From positions 1 through 64,000 of the forward strand of contig NIVC01002777.1 in the NCBI GenBank assembly GCA_002269645.1: DNA of 64,000 nt, given 5' to 3'. Of the stretch, positions 39,652-51,714 are shown one piece after another. The DNA comes from Macrostomum lignano (taxonomy: Eukaryota). The position numbers and the translations under genes are program-made. The stretch's first letter is position 1, and the number at the start of each line of letters is the position of its first letter. The notes beneath the pieces are model-generated. The model did not search any database. It saw only the letters and a program-made list of their open reading frames with translations, and was not told the DNA's origin.

Positions 39652-41643
39652 AGAGTGGATTGCTAATCTAGTCTCAATCATAGATGAATAGAGTGGATTG
39701 CTAATCTAGTCTCAATCATAGAGGAATAGAGTGGATTGCTAATCTATTCTCAATCATAGATGAATACAGTGGATTGCCAATCTAGTCTCAGTCATAGAGG
39801 AATAGAGTGGATTGCTAATCTAATCTCAATCATAGATGAATAGAGTGGATTGCTAATCTAGTCTCAATCATAGATGAATAGATTGGATTGCTAATCTAGT
39901 CTCAATCATAGAGGAATAGAGTGGATTGCTAATCTATTCTCAATCATAGATGAATACAGTGGATTGCCAATCTAGTCTCAGTCATAGAGGAATAGAGTGG
40001 ATTGCTAATCTATTCTCAATCATAGAGGAATCGAATGGATTGCTAATCCAGTCTCAATCATAGAGGAATAGAGTGGATTGCTAATCTAGTCTCAATCATA
40101 GAGGAATAGAGTGGATTGCTAATCTAGTCTCAATCATAGAGGAATAGAGTGGATTGCTAATCTAATCTCAATCATAGAGGAATAGAGTGGATTGCTAATC
40201 TAATCTCAATCATAGAGGAATAGAGTGGATTGCTAATCTAGTCTCAATCATAGATGAATAGAGTGGATTGCTAATCTAGTCTCAATCATAGAGGAATCGA
40301 ATGGATTGCTAATCCAGTCTCAATCATAGAGGAATAGAGTGGATTGCTAATCTATTCTCAATCATAGAGGAATAGAGTGGATTGCTAATCTAGTCTCAAT
40401 CATAGAGGAATAGAGTGGATTGCTAATCTAATCTCAATCATAGAGGAATAGAGTGGATTGCTAATCTAATCTCAATCATAGAGGAATAGAGTGGATTGCT
40501 AATCTAGTCTCAATCATAGATGAATAGAGTGGATTGCTAATCTAGTCTCAATCATAGATGAATAGAGTGGATTGCTAATCTAGTCTCAATCATAGAAGAA
40601 TAGAGTGGATTGCTAATCTAGTCTCAATCATAGAGGAATAGAGTGGATTGCTAATCTAGTCTCAATCATAGATGAATAGAGTGGATTGCTAATCTAGTCT
40701 CAATCATAGAAGAATAGAGTGGATTGCTAATCTAGTCTCAATCATAGATGAATAGAGTGGATTGCTAATCTAGTCTCAATCATAGATGAATAGAGTGGAT
40801 TGCTAATCTAGTCTCAATCATAGATGAATAGATTGGATTGCTAATCTAGTCTCAATCATAGAGGAATAGAGTGGATTGCCAATCCAGTCTCAGTCATAGA
40901 GGAATAGAGTGGATTGCTAATCTAATCTCAATCATAGATGAATAGAGTGGATTGCTAATCTAGTCTCAATCATAGATGAATAGAGTGGATTGCTAATCTA
41001 TTCTCAATGATAGAGGATTAGAGTGGATTGCTAATCTAGTCTCAATCATAGAGGATTAGAGTGGATTGCTAATCTAGTCTCAATGATAGAGGATTAGAGT
41101 GGATTGCTAATCTAGTTTTGACTATGAGTTCAGAAGCTGCAACTCTTCAAGTATTGTTTCAAGGATGCGGTAGCATACTGTTAATAAATTTACCAGCATC
41201 ACTGCCTTTCAAACGTATCTACAGTCCTACCTGATTGGCACAATATTTTCCTAGTTAAATTGTCTTTCTTCCCAAAAGTTTCCAGGGTCATGGCGCAGTT
41301 TGGATGGGGAAATGTCGCAGTTCGAAAGCCCTCAATATGATGAGGCGCAAACTTCGGCGTGTCCCCAGATCTTGTCCTTCAGGACAGCCCGTCTATGTTG
41401 AATCAGGATGTTGTGGCCACCTGACTTCAGCCTAGCATTAGTCGAGAGCCATGCGTTGCTGCCCCCCGTTCGCTCTACCCTGGCCCGTGAATAAACAGGA
41501 AAATTTTTGTTACTGAAAAAGCATGGTGGGTCAGCCAGCAACCAGCTTTCGACTTGCGCTGCCCCCCCCCTCAAGGAGGCCCAAGACCGGAGCCTGAACT
41601 GCCGAATCTACATTTAGACAGCTGTGGGCCCGCTGCAGTTATC

Positions 41644-43070
41644 GTGACAATTGTCTCATTGTTATCTCAAACGATTATACTGAATATTACTGAATTCAGT
41701 GACAATTGTCTCATTGTTATCTCAAACGATTATACTGAATATTACTGAATTCAGTGACAATTGTCTCATTGTTATCTCAAACGATTATACTGAATATTAC
41801 TGAATTCAGTGACAATTGTCTCATTGTTATCTCAAACGATTATACTGAATATTACTGAATTCAGTGACAATTGTCTCATTGTTATCTCAAACGATTATAC
41901 TGAATATTACTGAATTCAGTGACAATTGTCTCATTGTTATCTCAAACGATTATACTGAATATTACTGAATTCAGTGACAATTGTCTCATTGTTATCTCAA
42001 ACGATTATACTGAATATTACTGAATTCAGTGACAATTGTCTCATTGTTATCTCAAACGATTATACTGAATATTACTGAATTCAGTGACAATTGTCTCATT
42101 GTTATCTCAAACGATTATACTGAATATTACTGAATTCAGTGACAATTGTCTCATTGTTATCTCAAACGATTATACTGAATATTACTGAATTCAGTGACAA
42201 TTGTCTCATTGTTATCTCAAACGATTATACTGAATATTACTGAATTCAGTGACAATTGTCTCATTGTTATCTCAAACGATTATACTGAATATTACTGAAT
42301 TCAGTGACAATTGTCTCATTGTTATCTCAAACGATTATACTGAATATTACTGAATTCAGTGACAATTGTCTCATTGTTATCTCAAACGATTATACTGAAT
42401 ATTACTGAATTCAGTGACAATTGTCTCATTGTTATCTCAAACGATTATACTGAATATTACTGAATTCAGTGACAATTGTCTCATTGTTATCTCAAACGAT
42501 TATACTGAATATTACTGAATTCAGTGACAATTGTCTCATTGTTATCTCAAACGATTATACTGAATATTACTGAATTCAGTGACAATTGTCTCATTGTTAT
42601 CTCAAACGATTATACTGAATATTACTGAATTCAGTGACAATTGTCTCATTGTTATCTCAAACGATTATACTGAATATTACTGAATTCAGTGACAATTGTC
42701 TCATTGTTATCTCAAACGATTATACTGAATATTACTGAATTCAGTGACAATTGTCTCATTGTTATCTCAAACGATTATACTGAATATTACTGAATTCAGT
42801 GACAATTGTCTCATTGTTATCTCAAACGATTATACTGAATATTACTGAATTCAGTGACAATTGTCTCATTGTTATCTCAAACGATTATACTGAATATTAC
42901 TGAATTCAGTGACAATTGTCTCATTGTTATCTCAAACGATTATACTGAATATTACTGAATTCAGTGACAATTGTCTCATTGTTATCTCAAACGATTATAC
43001 TGAATATTACTGAATTCAGTGACAATTGTCTCATTGTTATCTCAAACGATTATACTGAATATTACTGAAT
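41644..43070. repeat. 55-bp highly homogeneous minisatellite (GTGACAATTGTCTCATTGTTATCTCAAACGATTATACTGAATATTACTGAATTCA)n
   Basis: About 26 copies with no variants seen; no spacers. Confidence 0.97.
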
Positions 43071-44006
43071 GTCACTGAATGTCACTGAATGTCACTGAAT
43101 GTCACTGAATTTCACTGAATATCACTGAATGTCACTGAAAGTCACTGAAAGTCACCGAAAGTCACTGAATGTCACTGAATGTCACTGAATGTCACTGAAT
43201 TTCATTGAATATCACTGAATAACACAGAATGTCACTGAAAGTCACTGAAAGTCACTGAAAGTCACTGAAAGTCACTGAAAGTCACTGAAAGTCACTGAAA
43301 GTCACTGAAAGTCACTGAAAGTCACCGAAAGTCACTGAATGTCACTGAATGTCACTGAATGTCACTGAATGTCACTGAATGTCACTGAATTTCACTGAAT
43401 GTCACTGAATTTCATTGAATTTCACTGAATATCACTGAATGTCACTGAAAGTCACTGAAAGTCACCGAAAGTCACTGAATGTCACTGAATGTCACTGAAT
43501 GTCACTGAATTTCATTGAATATCACTGAATAACACAGAATGTCACTGAAAGTCACTGAAAGTCACTGAAAGTCACTGAAAGTCACTGAAAGTCACTGAAA
43601 GTCACTGAATGTCACTGAATGTCACTGAAAGTCACTGAAAGTCACTGAAAGTCAATGAAAGTCAATGAAAGTCACTGAATGTCACTGAATGTCACTGAAA
43701 GTCACTGAATGTCACTGAAAGTCACTGAAAGTCACTGAAAGTCACTGAATGTCACTGAATGTCACTGAAAGTCACTGAAAGTCACTGAAAGTCACTGAAA
43801 GTCACTGAAAGTCACTGAAAGTCACTGAAAGTCACCGAAAGTCACTGAATGTCACTGAATGTCACTGAATGTCACTGAAAGTCACTGAATGTCACTGAAT
43901 TTCATTGAATTTCACTGAATATCACTGAATGTCACTGAAAGTCACTGAAAGTCACCGAAAGTCACTGAATGTCACTGAATGTCACTGAATGTCATTGAAT
44001 GTCACT
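43071..44006. repeat. 10-bp minisatellite (GTCACTGAAT/GTCACTGAAA)n
   Basis: Directly abuts the 55-bp array. Confidence 0.97.
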
Positions 44007-45616
44007 TCAAATTTGAGAATAAGAAATTCAGCTGTTTTCTATTTGACAAAGCTGCAAACAGAATGGAACTCAAACTCAATAGCGGATCCTTGGGAGTCAG
44101 AGTGGGTCAGTTGACCAAAACCTAAAAAAACCGAGCCAACCTAAAAGTAGTTACTCCAGGTTTTGGTTCTGGACCTCCTTGACCTCGCCACCAGAGCCAG
44201 CTTCTCCCTTCATTGCAATTCAATTCGTGACTTTGCAAATCTGCAAATGCAGTTTCGCTACATGCTCCTAGGTTGTGTGTGTGCGTGCGTGTGTGGGGGG
44301 CTTTTGCGCTGCTAAAGTCTGACTGGCCCCTCCGGTGTTCTGTGGAGGTTCGTTTGGAGGCTTGGATGACTTTGTAAACACGGTGTGCCTGGGCTAAAGT
44401 TATATATGCACACTTGTTGCTAGCTGGAATGTCTCCAATGTGTTTTCAATCTGATGGCTACAGTGGGCAAGCATGAAATACTGAACACATTTTTTAGCAA
44501 GCTGAACGAACGAACCAAATATGGTTTAAATGAAGGGTAATAACTCAGTTGAATCACCATATTGGCCGACTGGCTGACGAGCTGTCAATCAAAACTTGAC
44601 AAAATTTTATAAATGCGCAATGTTTCAACAGATAAGGATCTGTGACAGTTAGAATTTTGAAAGCAGTTAGTCATCACTTTATTTTTTAATTTTACTGCTT
44701 ATGCTATCTGTACTGCTGTGCTGTTCACTGTTGCCGCAAAAACGGACTCGAAAATAAACTAACTTTAACCTGAAATTAAGGGAAAAAGCAAATAATGAAA
44801 GCAGCAAAGCCTAAAAGCCTTTCAAATTTCTTTTTTTTTCACTAAAAACTATCTTGGCCAAAGCCGCCCTCGGGCCCCCTCCCATTCTGAAGCCCCGATA
44901 AGGCATACGGGACATGTCAATCACCCTGAAACCCGGTTCTCGCCCCCTTCATCTGAGAAGCTGCTGCCTTCGTCCCAGCAGTAATCCCACGCCTCTCTGG
45001 GCCTCCTGACGGCTTCAGCACCCCCGCAGACAATATTTTCAAACGCGAAATATTATACTTGACAGCAGCAACTGGCCGGCCTGTCCGGCTCTGTCCGGGG
45101 TCGGTCATGACCAGGGACAGTTGCCGCAAATTAGTATATTATTATTGAACAGACTGCAGAGCCAAGCTGCAGGGCAACTTTCTGGTCTGGGGAAATTTTA
45201 CACTTTCTTTCTATTCGCACCAATGCTGCTGCTGCTCTAACAGCATCGGGCGGCGACATTGCGGCTTGGCTAGGGAAAGACGAAGTGATGAAGACAGATT
45301 TCCATTGCGCTGTTTTTTTTTAATGTTGAAATTTTTATTGCCGCATTTTCTGCTTGGCACGCTTTTCGTCTTAAAGAAACCGAAGCGCTGAAGGTTGCTG
45401 GGGTCACGATGTTTATTTTGCGCTTCGCTGGAAGCTGCAACGAGACAAGAAAAGATGAGAACTGAAACCTTTGCCACCCCTCCCGAATCTACAGACAGCT
45501 TCAGCCTGACTGCACAGCTTCACTTTGCACACAAATAGTGGATAAGTTTTTGCACCACCTTTTAATACTGCTATCATAACTTCTTTTGATTACCATCATT
45601 TTTGAAACCACCATTT

Positions 45617-45805
<189 letters not shown>

Positions 45806-45982
45806 GCATGCATAAGGCAGTTTGAAACTGCCAACCACGCACACGGAAGATTGAAGTTTGCCAGTTGTCGAACATTCGAAAAAACCGATATTTCGGCCAG
45901 AACCTGCCCTTCTTCAGGGTTTATATTTGGGGTATAAAAACAACGATTATTTTAGCAGTGAACTCATTTTATTACTGAAATT

Positions 45983-46012
45983 AGATAGACAGATAGATAA
46001 ATAAATAAATAA

Positions 46013-46097
<85 letters not shown>

Positions 46098-46100
46098 CAG
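45983..46100. repeat. (GATA)n/(TAAA)n microsatellite
   Basis: Read directly. Confidence 0.95.
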
Positions 46101-46339
46101 ATTAATTCCCGTAATTAATAGATATTTTTTACCTGCGGTAGAGATGAAAAATTGCGCAAAATTCAGTGGGGACATGCTTTCTTCTCTGAAGCTGAGTGTA
46201 CCGTGGATTAAGCTTAAGAAATAAAGCACAAATTGCTACATGTGTGCCTTCTTTGAAGGATAATCTGATTTAGGGACAGTCGTTCTTGGGGGAATAACGT
46301 TTGGTGTCTCTTTTTAATCGATACAAAACTAACCAGTGA

Positions 46340-47915
46340 TCAAATGCAACAACAAATACAACAGAATACGCGTTCAGCGTCACAGGCGCGAACGAACGCC
46401 ACGCCGCCGGCCGAATCCGCAGGCAGTCGACGAAACGCCGAGTGCGCGCCTGCCCCTGCCGGTAGGGTCCCTGCAGCGTTAGCAGCAGCACCTCCTGCAT
46501 CGGCTGTGGGCAGTACGACTCGGCGCGGATGATGTGGCCTGCCAGCTGGAGTCGCCGACGGCGCAACAGGTCGCTTGGACGGACCAGGCCGGCGCGGTGA
46601 TACAAAGCCGCGTTGGTCACTCGCTCGTAGCCGATCTTGAAGGCGTCGCGCAGCAGGCCAGCGTGCGCCGCGTCAAATTTTGCTCGAGCGACTCCGTCAG
46701 CGTCCAGATCTCGGCGTTGTACGAGCGTACAGCAGGACGGTCTCGATCACCGCCTGGAACAACGCCGCCATCTGGCGGTCAGGTAAGGCCTCGGACTGCA
46801 GGACTGCCTTCACAGAACGAAAGGCAGCCCAGGCAAGCCCGCGGACGCCAGGAACCAGACCACCGAGGTACTCGTAGACGAACTGCTGACAGCGCGGGAA
46901 CTCCGTCACCTGTCCATCAGCGCCTCGGCACAAAATCGCAGCTTTGATGTCGTCCGGCACGCAGAGCACGACGGTCTTCTGCGTGTTGACCACCTGGCCG
47001 ACACTCGCCGCAACAACAACAAGCTTGTCCAGTTGTCGCTGGGCGCCCTCGACAGTTGAGGACAGCAGGGCGAGATCATCGGCGTAGCCAAGCACGCTGA
47101 GCCGCCTCTCCGGTTGACGTCGACCCACGCGTCGCCGCAACAGAAAGCCGTCGTCGTTGGTAGGAAGAGCGATCCGCAGCACCCAGTCAAGCGCCAGAAC
47201 GATCAGAAACGGCGCAAGCGTATCTCCCCGAAGCACCCCGGAGGATGTCTCAAAGAAGTCCGATAGGCCGTCCGGTGTTGAAACAGCAGCTTTCGTATCA
47301 CGGTACATCACCATGATGGCGGAAATCAGCCGCTCTGGGACGTTGTACACACGAGCACCTTTGGGAGCACAGACCTGACGAACAAATCGAATGCCTTCTT
47401 GAAATCTATAAAGATAACAATCAGGAACAACTGGCGTGTCCGCGCCTCCTCGATGACTCGGCGAAGAGCCAGGATTTGCGTCACTGTGCCGCGATGGGGC
47501 CGGAAGCCGTTCTGCTTAGGACGGCGACCTCGCTGTCCACAAAGTGGATGCGTAGCGCCTCGATGGGCACCTCGTCGAGACCCAGTGCTTTCCCACCGGG
47601 TGACTGTTGGCTCACAACGTCGGCTGTGCTGACTGGTGTGCTGACTGGTGTTAGGCTGAAACTCTCTTCTGCCGGCAACGGCATCTCCGGCGGCAGCGTC
47701 AGACTGTCTGGCAGCCGGGGTGGCGGCGCGTTGACAATGGCGGCGAAGAACTCACGCGTTCCTGCGCTTGTCCGCAGAGTCGTCTGCCAGGTTGAGCGGA
47801 ATACACCGCTTTCGCCCCAGGTTGATAGCCGACCAGGCACGCGACCTCTGGCATCGGGTCCAGCGGCAGAGACGGCCCAAACGGCGTCATCAACAGCAGC
47901 AGCCCAAATGACGTC
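46340..47915 (-). pseudogene. Decayed RTE-clade LINE reverse transcriptase fragment
   Basis: Pieces in different frames: KALGLDEVPIEALR, QNGFRPHRGTVTQILALRRVIEE...FIDFKKAFD, GVLRGDTLAPFL (QGD changed to RGD), GYADDLALL and RRRRLQLAGHIIR. Frameshifts and an internal deletion are present. Degenerate (TTG)n-like 3' tail near 46345-46365. Confidence 0.9.
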
Positions 47916-47967
47916 ATGATAAAATGCAGAAAATGGCAGAAACAAACCATGATGCCCCCGCGGTTCT

Positions 47968-48737
47968 CGGTACCCGATTCCCGGTACCCGATTCCCGTTA
48001 CCCGATTCCCGGTACCCGATTCCCGGTACCCGATTCCCGGTACCCGATTCCCGGTACCCGATTCCCGGTACCCGATTTCCGGTACCCGATTCCCGGTACC
48101 CGATTCCCTGTACCCGATTCCCGGTACCCGATTCCCGGTACCCGATTCCCGGTACCCGATTCCCGGTACCCGATTCCCGGTACCCGATTCCCGGTACCCG
48201 ATTCCCTGTACCCGATTCCCTGTACCCGATTCCCGGTACCCGATTCCCGGTACCCGATTCCCGGTACCCGATTCCCGGTACCCGATTCCCGGTACCCGAT
48301 TCCCGGTACCCGATTCCCGGTACCCGATTCCCGGTACCCGATTCCCGGTACCCGATTCCCGGTACCCGATTCCCGGTACCCGATTCCCGGTACCCGATTC
48401 CCGGTACCCGATTCCCGGTACCCGATTCCCGGTACCCGATTCCCGGTACCCGATTCCCGGTACCCGATTCCCGGTACCCGATTCCCGGTACCCGATTCCC
48501 GGTACCCGATTCCCGGTACCCGATTCCCGGTACCCGATTCCCGGTACCCGATTCCCGGTACCCGATTCCCGGTACCCGATTCCCGGTACCCGATTCCCGG
48601 TACCCGATTCCCGGTACCCGATTCCCGGTACCCGATTCCCGGTACCCGATTCCCGGTACCCGATTCCCGGTACCCGATTCCCGGTACCCGATTCCCGGTA
48701 CCCGATTCCCGGTACCCGATTCCCGGTACCCGATTCC
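47968..48737. repeat. 14-bp CpG-rich minisatellite (GTACCCGATTCCCG)n
   Basis: About 55 copies read directly. Confidence 0.97.
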
Positions 48738-49475
48738 GAGTATTCGATTCAGTGAATTGGAATATTTAGTGTAGATCCTGAATGGGATGACGTTATTACA
48801 CTGCTTTTTGCGGTAAAGTCATATATATTGGGTATAAGAGTGAGAGGGGTTCTCCTCAGATACAAAAAATAAATCATAGTTAGTTTTTTCGACCGAATCG
48901 ATGCTTTCCAACGGTCTGTCTCTCTTGCCGTCCCATCTCTTCTCCTCCCCCTCTTCTCCGCCGCTAAATAATTAATTACCCCAAAAAACCCACAGCCATA
49001 AATGCGGGCCTCGCGGCAAGGCGAGAGGCGAACAAACCGCAGTCAGCGCCCCATCTGCAACCAGTTACTTATAGCCGTCTCTATGCTTCACTCACTGGCC
49101 TCTTTGCCATCCAAACCCATCTTCAGACTGCACGCATAAAATTTACAGTTTTTTCCTCCTATCAACATTTATATAATTAATTGCTGGATTTTTCTTCTAT
49201 TGGACAGTGTTGGGAGATACGAAAAAAAACTTTTTTTGTGAGTAGGATATTATGTTTTAGACTAATGCAGCTTTACTCTCTGCAGCTTTGTGCGACTGAG
49301 AAATACTTTTCTATGAATGTCAGCATTTATTTCATATTTACTGTATTATACGAGTACATCGGATAATACATTCCATAAATATTTATGTATATTAAGTCAT
49401 TTACAGCAACCGACAGTAATTGACAGTAAACGACAGACTGCTGTGAATTGCAGCACTGTCAGCAGATGACGGGAC

Positions 49476-50475
49476 ACTGACAGCAACTGAGAGACATAGA
49501 CAGCAACTGAGAGACATTGACAGCAACTGAGAGACATTGACAGCAACTGAGAGACATTGACAGCAAATGAGAGACATTGACAGCAACTGAGAGACATAGA
49601 CAGCAACTGAGAGACATTGACAGCAACTGAGAGACATTGACAGCAACTGAGAGACATTGACAGCAAATGAGAGACATTGACAGCAACCGAGAGACATTGA
49701 CAGCAACTGAGAGACATTGACAGCAACTGAGAGACATTGACAGCAAATGAGAGACATTGACAGCAACCGAGAGACATTGACAGCAACTGAGAGACATTGA
49801 CAGCAACTGAGAGACATTGACAGCAAATGAGAGACATTGACAGCAACTGAGAGACATTGACAGCAACCGAGAGACATTGACAGCAACCGAGAGACATTGA
49901 CAGAAACTGAGAGACATTGACAGCAACTGAGAGACATTTACAGAAACTGAGAGACATTGACAGCAACTGAGAGACATTGACAGCAACTGAGAGACATTGA
50001 CAGAAACTGAGAGACATTGACAGCAACTGAGAGACATTGACAGAAACTGAGAGACATTGACAGCAACCGAGAGACATTGACAGCAACCGAGAGACATTGA
50101 CAGAAACTGAGAGACATTGACAGCAACAGAGAGACATTGACAGAAACTGAGAGACATTGACAGAAACTGAGAGACATTGACAGAAACAGAGAGACATTGA
50201 CAGCAACTGAGAGACATTGACAGCAACAGAGAGACATTGACAGCAACTGAGAGACATTGACAGCAAATGAGAGACATTGACAGCAACTGAGAGACATTAA
50301 CAGCAATCGAGAGACATTGACAGCAACTGAGAGACATTGACAGCAACCGAGAGACATTGACAGCAACAGAGAGACATTGACAGCAACTGAGAGACATTGA
50401 CAGAAACTGAGAGACATTGACAGAAACAGAGAGACATTGACAGCAACTGAGAGACATTGACAGCAACTGAGAGAC
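49476..50475. repeat. 20-bp minisatellite (GACAGCAACTGAGAGACATT)n
   Basis: About 50 copies read directly. Confidence 0.96.
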
Positions 50476-51714
50476 AGTAACGGAGAGACACTGACAGGAA
50501 CATTGACAGACATCTATTAAAAGCAATTGATAGTCGCTGAAATAAAAAATTATAATTTAATATACGAACGTAACCAATCAAATATCAACAGAAGAGCACT
50601 TTCTTCTTTAAAAATTCAGCAAAAGTCAGCGTATTGCTGACTCAGGATTGAGAATGAAATATTTAGAGATATTCACCAGCCAGACACATAGCTATCCATA
50701 ATTCCAAGAAACCGCAGTCACATCACGCTTTCCGGTCGGCTCTTAAGCAGGCCTGCTCAAGCGCAAACATTGTCGCTCGATGCCCAGATGCTAGCCTGAC
50801 TGACAGATCTCCCAGTGTGGGAGCATGAGGAGGATTGAAGCGGGATGCAGGGGAATACTGGATCCTCTCAGCTCGATTCTGTCTTTAATTTGCCCCAGGC
50901 CAGGGCTATACTAGCTGTGCTCAGTAATCCTTTTCCCGTGTTCGTGCTCAGACGCAATTTCAATCGAATCAGTTCACAGCATTGCACCATGCAGATCGGA
51001 GCACTGCGTACAACAGTTGTTGAGAGTTAGCTGGGCTTTAAATAAACTGCACGGGCCTGCATGTTCTCGGTCGAGATAATCATATAGTTCTGCATTCCCT
51101 ATATCATAGCGCCCAATCGAACGGATAGGAGGCCAGAGAGTTTTTACCTTAGTTTGACAATTCGAAGCTGCATGCATGAGTCATGGCAGCAGGATGTGCA
51201 CTGTAAATCATAAGGGTCCGTGTGGGGTCCGTTTTGTCAAAACGGACCCTAGGGTCCGAAATATATGTTTTTACTTCGCACCTCTCACACATACAGTACC
51301 ACATAAATGTTATGTGCAATGGCTTAAAATGCATCTTAAGTGAAGGTAACGCTTGTTTCTCACTCTTTTATACAAATGTAAACTTCATGCAATGTCCAAG
51401 AACTGCGTATGAACTGATTACATAGTTTCCATTTTATTTTCACTATTCTCCAATTAAAATTTTCATTTAATGCTTATAAGGTAAAACAGAAAATAAACAA
51501 TTGGCATAAAAGATTATTATAACGTTTCTTTTGTTGTACCGTGCCTGTGTGTTTTGAGACTTTGATCCGTACGCAGGTGACGATTTAAAAAGCAACGCGC
51601 TCTCATCACCCTGCCGTGTTTTATAGTTAACTCTGCTATAAGTTTCAGATTTTCGGCCTTGCGTAGCTGTATAATTGTAGCAATCATCGTGATAATGTAG
51701 TTATATTTTGTTGA

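Larger units (their letters stand above)
38000..41116. repeat. 38-bp satellite (GAGTGGATTGCTAATCTAGTCTCAATCATAGAGGAATA)n, split by a LINE insertion
   Basis: About 7 copies left of 38281 and about 38 copies right of 39651. Confidence 0.96.

Noticed and set aside
41644-43070. CRISPR-like regular array
   Set aside because: Units are contiguous and identical with no unique spacers, no cas genes are present, and the context is eukaryotic.
45211-45477. 88-aa ORF resembling a signal peptide plus an RFG (RFamide-like) neuropeptide
   Set aside because: The start is GTG, not ATG; RFG lacks a following basic cleavage site; no other support.
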